Origin: Pengzhenrongella frigida
GTDB taxonomy: Bacteria > Actinomycetota > Actinomycetes > Actinomycetales > Cellulomonadaceae
Assembly: GCF_004168625.1 (NCBI RefSeq)
Contig: NZ_SDWW01000001.1
Coordinates: 101,501-133,500 of the forward strand
Length of the DNA stretch: 32,000 bases
Reading direction: 5' to 3'
Shown here: piece by piece, positions 15,688-21,293 of the stretch
Numbering within the stretch: position 1 is the first letter of the stretch
How the letters are laid out: each line of letters opens with the position of its first letter
Notes under the pieces: model-generated
Database searches by the model: none
What the model was told of the DNA's origin: nothing
What the model saw: only the letters and a program-made list of their open reading frames with translations
Position numbers and translations under genes: made by a program

Positions 15688-16463
15688 CCGCGACCGCACC
15701 GACCCACGGCGGCTCTCAGCGGAGCCGGCCGCCGAGCCCCGCCAAGCGCCGGCTGCGAAAGTACCTCCCGCCGCAGCACGGCGCCTGGGCGATGCTGCTC
15801 GTCCCGTTCCTGGTCGCGCTGGTCACCGCCGGCGTCGACTGGGTGCAGGTCCCGCTGCTCCTCGCCTGGCTCGCCGGGTACCTGCTGTCGTACTACGCGT
15901 TCCTCGCCCTCAAGACCCGACGCCCGGCGCGGGTGCTCCCCCAGCTGCGCCTGTACGCGGCCCTCACGGTGCCCGCCGCCCTGGTGGTGGTCGTCCTGCG
16001 ACCGGCGGTCCTCTGGTTCGCGCCCGCCTACGCCGCCCTGCTCGCGGTGAACGCCTGGTACGCCTGGCACCACCGCGATCGCGCCCTGACCAACGACCTC
16101 GCCTCGGTGGTCCAGGGCTGCCTGATGGTCCCGGTCGCCGCCACCGTGGCGGGGGTGTCACCGGTCGCCGTGCTCGAGCCGTTCGTGGTCGTGCTGCTGT
16201 ACTTCCTCGGCACCGTGCTGTTCGTCAAGACGATGATCCGCGAGCGCGGCGACGAGAGCTTCCTGCGCGGATCGATCGCCTTCCACGTGGTGGCGGCGGT
16301 CCTGGCCGGTCTCCTCGCCTGGCCGTTGGCCATCCTGTTCGTCTGGTTCGCCGTGCGTGCGGCCTGGCTGCCGCGCTACGCGATGACGCCGAAGTCCGTC
16401 GGGTTCGTGGAGATCGGCAACTGCGTGGCGCTCCTCGGAGCGATCGCCCTGCTCGCCGGGTAG
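15684..16463 (+). CDS. YwiC-like family membrane protein
   Basis: This is the C-terminal 259 aa of ORF 14949..16463. It carries KYLPPQHGAWAMLLVPFLVALV plus about 8 TM helices. Its ATG overlaps the regulator's stop as ATGA. Confidence 0.75.
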   Translation: MTATAPTHGGSQRSRPPSPAKRRLRKYLPPQHGAWAMLLVPFLVALVTAGVDWVQVPLLLAWLAGYLLSYYAFLALKTRRPARVLPQLRLYAALTVPAALVVVVLRPAVLWFAPAYAALLAVNAWYAWHHRDRALTNDLASVVQGCLMVPVAATVAGVSPVAVLEPFVVVLLYFLGTVLFVKTMIRERGDESFLRGSIAFHVVAAVLAGLLAWPLAILFVWFAVRAAWLPRYAMTPKSVGFVEIGNCVALLGAIALLAG

Positions 16464-16487
16464 CCGCGGCAGTGCGGGGCAGCCGCG

Positions 16488-18461
16488 TCAGCGCCGGGCG
16501 GGTTCGGTGGCCCGCCTGGCGTTGTTCCGCACGAAGGCCACGGGGGCGCCGGCCGCGGCGGGGGTGTGGCTCTGCGTGCGGCTGCGGAGCAGTCGCATGG
16601 CGTTGAGGATGACGACCAGGACCGACACCTCGTGCACGAGCATCCCGGCCGCCATCGTGACCCCGCCGACCAGGACCCCGAGCAGCAGCAGCGACACGGT
16701 GGCCAGTGCGACGGCGATGTTCTGGTGCATGTTCGCCACCGTCCGGCGCGCGAGCCGGATGGCCTCGGGCAGCTTCAGCAGGTTGTCGGCCATCAGGGCG
16801 ATGTCGGCCGTCTCGAGGGCGACGGCCGATCCGGCCGCGCCCATGGCGACCCCGAGGTCGGCGACCGCCAGCGCGGGGGCGTCGTTGACGCCGTCGCCCA
16901 CCATGGCCACGACGTAGCCCGCGGCCTGCAGCTCACGGACGACATCGAGCTTGTCCTGCGGCAGCAGCCCGGCCCGCACCTCGTCGACGCCGGTGGCCTC
17001 ACCCACGGCGACGGCGACCGGCATGGCGTCCCCCGTGAGCATGACGACCTTGCGCACGCCCGCCCGGCGCAGCTCGCCGACCATCTGCGCGGCGTCGGGG
17101 CGGACCTCGTCGGCGACGGCGACCACGCCGACCACGACGCCGTCGACCGCCACGATCATCGGGGTGCGGCCCGCGACGGCGAGGTCATGGGCCACCTGGC
17201 CGCTCCCCCGGTCGTCAGCCACCCCGAACTGGGTCAGCAGGGCGAGGTTGCCGACGAGCAGGCGATGTCCCCCGCTGGTCGCCGTGATGCCCTTGCCCGG
17301 GATGGACTCGGTGACCTCGGGCAGCCGGTCGGTGGGCAGCCCCTCGGAGCGGGCCGCGTCCAAGACCGGGCGCGCCAGGGGGTGCTCGGAGCCCGCCTCG
17401 GCCAGCGCGGCCCAGCCCAGGACGGCGGCGCGATCCGCGTCCGGGCCGAGCACGACGACGTCGGTCAGCCGCGGGCGACCGCGAGTGAGCGTGCCGGTCT
17501 TGTCGACGGCGACCGCGGTGATCTTCGCCGACTTCTCCAGGTACTCCCCGCCCTTGATCAAGATGCCGTCCTTGGCCGCGCGGCCGATGCCGGCCACGAT
17601 CGAGACCGGGATGGAGATCACCATCGCCCCCGGGCAGCCGATCACGAGCAGGGTCAGCGCCAGGACGACGTCCCCGGTGAGCACCCCCGCCACGACCGCC
17701 AGCACGATGATCGCGGGCGTGTACCAGGCGGAGAACCGGTCCATAAAACGCTGCGTCCGGGCCTTGGCGTCCTGCGCCTCCTCGACGCGATGGATGATCC
17801 GCGCGAGCGTCGTGTCGGCCCCCACCCCGGTCGCCCTCACCTGCAGCAGGCCGCCACGCGAGACCGTGCCGGCGAACACCTGGTCCCCGACCGCCTTATC
17901 CACCGGGATCGACTCCCCGGTGATCGAGGCCTGGTCGACGGCACCGGTCCCGGCGAGGACCTCGCCGTCGACCGGCACCTTCGCGCCGTTCTTGACCAGC
18001 ACCGTCTCGCCCATGGCGACAGCGGCGGCGGCCACCTCGACCTGGCCGCCGTCGCGCAGGACGACGGCGACGTCCGGTGCGACGGCGACCAGCTCAGCCA
18101 GGGCAGACCGGGTCCGGCTCAGCGTCGCCTGCTCCAGGGCGTGGCCGACGGCGAACAGGAACGTCACCGCGGCCGCCTCCCAGTACTGACCGATCACCAC
18201 CGCACCGATGGACGCCACGGCGACGAGCAGGTCGATGCCGATCACCCGCGCCAGCAGCGCGCGGACCGCGTGCAGGGCGATCGGGGTCCCCGCCACGACG
18301 GCGGCCAGGGCCATCACCGTGTCGCCGGCGACCCCGGCCCCGGCCAGGCCGGTGATGGCGGCCGAGCCCGCGATGAGCAGCCCGCTCACCGCGGGGATCC
18401 CCCACCGGCCGTGCAACCCCGCGTGCAGCTCGGTGTGCAACCTGGTGTGCAGCGTTCTCAT
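16488..18461 (-). CDS. Heavy-metal translocating P1B-type ATPase (atypical CPG transmembrane motif, no fused HMA domain)
   Basis: This is ORF 16488..18857, trimmed to MRTLHTRLHT with an AAGGAG Shine-Dalgarno. It carries TGES, DKTGTLT, SEHPLA and GDGVNDAPAL. TM4 reads LLVIGCPGAMVISIP. It has eight predicted TM helices. Confidence 0.9.
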   Translation of the reverse strand: MRTLHTRLHTELHAGLHGRWGIPAVSGLLIAGSAAITGLAGAGVAGDTVMALAAVVAGTPIALHAVRALLARVIGIDLLVAVASIGAVVIGQYWEAAAVTFLFAVGHALEQATLSRTRSALAELVAVAPDVAVVLRDGGQVEVAAAAVAMGETVLVKNGAKVPVDGEVLAGTGAVDQASITGESIPVDKAVGDQVFAGTVSRGGLLQVRATGVGADTTLARIIHRVEEAQDAKARTQRFMDRFSAWYTPAIIVLAVVAGVLTGDVVLALTLLVIGCPGAMVISIPVSIVAGIGRAAKDGILIKGGEYLEKSAKITAVAVDKTGTLTRGRPRLTDVVVLGPDADRAAVLGWAALAEAGSEHPLARPVLDAARSEGLPTDRLPEVTESIPGKGITATSGGHRLLVGNLALLTQFGVADDRGSGQVAHDLAVAGRTPMIVAVDGVVVGVVAVADEVRPDAAQMVGELRRAGVRKVVMLTGDAMPVAVAVGEATGVDEVRAGLLPQDKLDVVRELQAAGYVVAMVGDGVNDAPALAVADLGVAMGAAGSAVALETADIALMADNLLKLPEAIRLARRTVANMHQNIAVALATVSLLLLGVLVGGVTMAAGMLVHEVSVLVVILNAMRLLRSRTQSHTPAAAGAPVAFVRNNARRATEPARR

Positions 18462-18511
18462 GATCGGGCTCTCCTTCGGCAGGTCGACAGGTTCCGGGCT
18501 GGGCCGCGCGG

Positions 18512-18790
18512 TCAGAACGCCGCGGGGGCGGAGGTGTACCCGGCCTTGGCGACCGCGGCCACCAGCGCCTCGACCCCGACGACCTGCGGGTCGTGGTCGA
18601 TCTCGATGCGACCCGAGGCGAAGTGCACCGCGACGGCGTCGACCCCGGCCACGCGGCCGACCTGCTTCTCGATCTTCGCCACGCACGACGGGCACGAGAA
18701 CCCCTCGGCCCGCAGGATCGTGCGGGTGGTCGCTGTGGGGTTGGTGGCGGTGGGGTTGGTGGCGGTGGGGTTGGTGGCGGTGGTGCTCAT
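18512..18790 (-). CDS. Heavy-metal-associated (HMA) domain metallochaperone
   Basis: This is ORF 18512..18895, trimmed to MSTTATNPTATNPTATNPTATTRTILRAEGFSCPSCVAKIEKQVGRVAGVDAVAV.... It has the CxxC HMA fold pattern. It ends 50 nt upstream of the ATPase. Confidence 0.85.
   Translation of the reverse strand: MSTTATNPTATNPTATNPTATTRTILRAEGFSCPSCVAKIEKQVGRVAGVDAVAVHFASGRIEIDHDPQVVGVEALVAAVAKAGYTSAPAAF
18735..18779 (-). repeat. Perfect 15-bp x3 tandem repeat inside the HMA gene (encodes the TNPTA x3 N-terminal tail)
   Basis: gtggggttggtggcg is repeated three times without a mismatch. Confidence 0.95.
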
Positions 18791-18992
18791 GATCGGACCT
18801 CTTTCGATGGTGCGGCTCGCCCCGTTCGAGGCGACTGACCCTGACGTTTCCAGGCACCCGGCGAAGCGAACATGACGTGGGTCAATCAACGGCACATCGG
18901 CGTGGGATCGACGTGCGTCGGCGGGGTCGGGGACCTCGCCGGGGAGCGCGCCGGACCGGGGCGATACGCTCGCGCTGAGCCCAGGAGTCGAT

Positions 18993-19838
18993 GTGAACCC
19001 CCCGCACGCCAGCCCCCAGCCCGACGGCCATCAGCACGACGAGGCCGGACCGACCAGCCCGCCGTCGGCCCGTCGGCGGATCCCGTTGCGGGCGACCTGC
19101 GCCGAACCGCACCAGTGCCCGGCGCCGGTCCGGATGCGCGTGCTGGGCCACGTCTCGCTCTTCGCCGGGCTCTCGACCACCGAGCTCGAGGCCATCGACG
19201 CCCGGATGGTCTCGCTCTCCTGGGCCGCCGGGGACGTGCTGTTCTCCGCCGGAGCGCCTGCGGACCACCTCTACGTCCTGGCCTCGGGCCGCGTGAAGCT
19301 CTCCCGGCCGACCGTCGTCGGGCGGGAGATCGTCGTCGACCTGCTCACCCCCGGCGACCTCTTCGGGACCTTGACGGCCCTCGGGGACCCGACCTATCCG
19401 GAGACGGCGGAGGCTCTCACCACGACGTGCGCCCTGCAGATCGACCCCGCCGCCTTCCGCGCGGTGCTCACCGAGCACCCCCCGGTCGCCTTGCGGGTGC
19501 TCGACGACGTCGCGGCCCGCCTCACCCGGGCCCGCTCCGACCTGGGCCACCACTCCACGGACACCGTGGCGCAACGCGTGGCCGCCACGCTTCTGCGCCT
19601 GGCGGACAAGCTCGGCCAGGAGCGCGCCGGCGACGGCGGCACGCTGCTGCAGATCCCGCTCTCCCGCGCCGACCTCGCTGGGATGACCAGCTCGACTCCC
19701 GAGTCCGTGTCCCGCGCCATGAGCCAGCTGCGCAAGGACCGGATCATCGACTCGGGGCGCCGCTGGACCGCCGTCCTGGACCGACCCCGCCTGGCCGACG
19801 TCGCCGCGGGCGCCGATGGACCGGCAGCCCCGGCCTGA
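18993..19838 (+). CDS. Crp/Fnr family regulator, FNR-like (N-terminal Cys pair, E--SR recognition helix)
   Basis: The GTG at 18993 is preceded by AGGAG. A cNMP-binding-like beta-roll is present (LFAGLSTTELEAIDARM...GDLFG). The HTH reads LSRADLAGMTSSTPESVSRAMSQLRKD. The candidate ligand residues are C36, H40, C42 and C146. Confidence 0.85.
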   Translation: MNPPHASPQPDGHQHDEAGPTSPPSARRRIPLRATCAEPHQCPAPVRMRVLGHVSLFAGLSTTELEAIDARMVSLSWAAGDVLFSAGAPADHLYVLASGRVKLSRPTVVGREIVVDLLTPGDLFGTLTALGDPTYPETAEALTTTCALQIDPAAFRAVLTEHPPVALRVLDDVAARLTRARSDLGHHSTDTVAQRVAATLLRLADKLGQERAGDGGTLLQIPLSRADLAGMTSSTPESVSRAMSQLRKDRIIDSGRRWTAVLDRPRLADVAAGADGPAAPA

Positions 19839-19845
19839 CCTGCTC

Positions 19846-19909
19846 GGCTGCTGCGCTGGCCGGCTGCTGCGCTGGCCGGCTGCTGCGCTGGCTGGCTGCT
19901 GCGCTGGCC
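19846..19909. repeat. 16-bp x4 tandem direct repeat (GGCTGCTGCGCTGGCC) filling the convergent intergenic gap
   Basis: The units are 19846-61, 19862-77, 19878-93 (one mismatch) and 19894-909, followed by a partial fifth unit that runs into the cupin stop codon. Confidence 0.9.
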
Positions 19910-19911
19910 GG

Positions 19912-20259
19912 CTACCGCGCCCGGGCGGGCTCGGCGGTGCGCTCCACGCCCGTGACGGTGGTGAGCAGGAACACCGAGTCCGCCTCCGCCAGCACGGCGT
20001 GACGCAGGTGCGTGAGCAGGGCGACCTCGCCGGCGACCAGGGCGGCGGTCTCCACCCCGGTGACGCGCAGCCGGCCCACCAGGACCTGCAGGCTCGCCGC
20101 GTGGGGGGAGTTGTGCTCGGCGAGCTCGGTGCCGGCCACCAGCGCGATCAGGGTCTGCCGCAAGGGTCCGTCGTGCAGCAGCAGCTCGGCGCTGCGGCCG
20201 TGGTCCGCCGCACGGGCGGCGTCGAGGTGGGACTGGGCGAGAAGGTTGAGATTGGCCAC
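19912..20259 (-). CDS. Small cupin-domain protein (115 aa)
   Basis: The GTG at 20259 is preceded by GGAGGA. It carries HGRSAELLLHDGPLRQTLIALVAGTELAEHNSPHAASLQVLVGRLRV, a single cupin barrel pattern. Confidence 0.65.
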   Translation of the reverse strand: MANLNLLAQSHLDAARAADHGRSAELLLHDGPLRQTLIALVAGTELAEHNSPHAASLQVLVGRLRVTGVETAALVAGEVALLTHLRHAVLAEADSVFLLTTVTGVERTAEPARAR

Positions 20260-20330
20260 AATTCCTCCGGAAGCGGTCTGAGCCTGCGGCCCGCGCCTGC
20301 GGCACGAGCGGAGCGTGGGAAACTTCTCCT

Positions 20331-21032
20331 ATGCCCGCCTCGAGGTCTGGACTCCCCCGTCGGGTCCTGGCAAGTCGCCGCCGAGCCGAGCTCCTGCAGC
20401 TGCTTCGCGAGCATAACGACGCCCTGAGCGTCGCCGAAATCGCGACCGAGATCGGCATGCACGGCAATACCGTGCGAGGACATCTGGACGCACTCGTCGA
20501 GTCAGGGCACGTCGAGCGGACCACCGACGCCCGCGGCACCCCCGGTCGTCCCCGTCAGGTCTACTCGGCCACCGGGGCCCCGTCCGCCGACCGTGACTAC
20601 CGCCTGCTCGCAGACATCCTGACCGACCACCTGGCCGCCGCCAACCCCGATCCGGGCCGCGTCGCCCTGGCCGCCGGCCGGAGCTGGGCACTGGCGAACA
20701 AGCCGCACTCCGCACCGCCACCTCGGCTGGCCCCCACGACCAGCACCGGTGCCCCCGGCGAGCCGCCGGACGCCCTCGAGCCGGTGCTTCGCATGCTCTC
20801 GGCCGCGGGGTTCGCCCCGGAGCTCGCCGAGGATCGGTCCGTCATCCGCTTGCGGCACTGCCCGTTCCGCGAGCTTGCCGCGCGCAACGCGGCGGTGGTG
20901 TGCCAGGTGCACCTCGGGCTGATCCAGGGCTCCCTGGCGTGCCAGGACACGACCGTCGAGGCGACCCAGATCGCCCCCTTCGTCGAGCCCGGGCTCTGCC
21001 TGGTGACCCTGACCAGCGCGTCCGCGATCTGA
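20331..21032 (+). CDS. Winged-HTH (ArsR/SufR-like) transcriptional regulator with a C-terminal Cys3His motif, paralog 2
   Basis: The 233-aa product has the HTH SVAEIATEIGMHGNTVRGHLDALVESGHV...GRPRQVY. Its C-terminus has C177-x13-C191-x2-H194-x28-C223, the same spacing as the 14977 gene. It lies directly upstream of norB. Confidence 0.75.
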   Translation: MPASRSGLPRRVLASRRRAELLQLLREHNDALSVAEIATEIGMHGNTVRGHLDALVESGHVERTTDARGTPGRPRQVYSATGAPSADRDYRLLADILTDHLAAANPDPGRVALAAGRSWALANKPHSAPPPRLAPTTSTGAPGEPPDALEPVLRMLSAAGFAPELAEDRSVIRLRHCPFRELAARNAAVVCQVHLGLIQGSLACQDTTVEATQIAPFVEPGLCLVTLTSASAI

Positions 21033-21119
21033 CCGGCGCGGGCGCTCTGCCCGCCCGGCAAGCGAATCCCACAGGCATGTCAAAGGAACCTCTTCAGCGG
21101 TGCTAGGTTCGCCCTGCGC

Positions 21120-21147
21120 AGTTGTTCACAATTCCACTGTGAAAACT
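21120..21147. promoter_or_regulatory. Inverted repeat AGTTGTTCACA-attccac-TGTGAAAACT upstream of norB
   Basis: The core is TTCACA-N7-TGTGAA (perfect 6-bp arms). It extends to 10-11 bp with a one-base bulge. It is AT-rich and lies about 150 nt upstream of the norB GTG. Confidence 0.4.
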
Positions 21148-21252
21148 TCGTGAGGTGGGCTTGGCCGCTCGTGAGCGGTTCAGCCTGGGCGGGGGCCCCT
21201 GCGCGGACGCAGCTGTCCGTCGCAATCCGGCGGGTCGGATTCTTCGGCTGGT

Positions 21253-21270
21253 CATGAACGACTTTTCATG
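21253..21270. promoter_or_regulatory. Inverted repeat CATGAA-cgactt-TTCATG proximal to the norB start
   Basis: There are perfect 6-bp arms, 24 nt upstream of the norB GTG and just before its AGGAG Shine-Dalgarno. Confidence 0.3.
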
Positions 21271-21293
21271 GTCAATCCGACAGGAGCAACGAC

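Noticed and set aside
16465-16487. A possible bidirectional terminator hairpin, CGCGGC-N11-GCCGCG, lies between the YwiC-like and ATPase genes.
   Set aside because: It has only a 6-bp stem with an 11-nt loop, which is too weak to report as a feature.
16566-18875. A 769-aa plus-strand ORF lies antisense to the P-type ATPase and HMA genes. The N-terminal extension of ORF 16488..18857 has HRHQPHRHQPH repeats.
   Set aside because: It is antisense or out of frame. The His-rich repeat in the extended ATPase ORF is simply the out-of-frame reading of the 15-bp repeat inside the HMA gene. The ATPase has a good RBS and start at 18461.
18791-18992. A search for a full FNR box (TTGAT-N4-ATCAA), a CRP box (TGTGA-N6-TCACA), or MerR, ArsR or CsoR-type operators in the HMA/ATPase to FNR-like divergent region.
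   Set aside because: Only weak 4-bp-arm palindromes (TGACGTGGGTCA) and isolated ATCAA half-sites were found. Nothing is strong enough to call.
19846-19909. The tandem repeat arrays (16-bp x4 here, 17-bp x3 at 27403) were considered as possible CRISPR arrays.
   Set aside because: The units are directly adjacent with no spacers, are far shorter than CRISPR repeats, and no cas genes are present.
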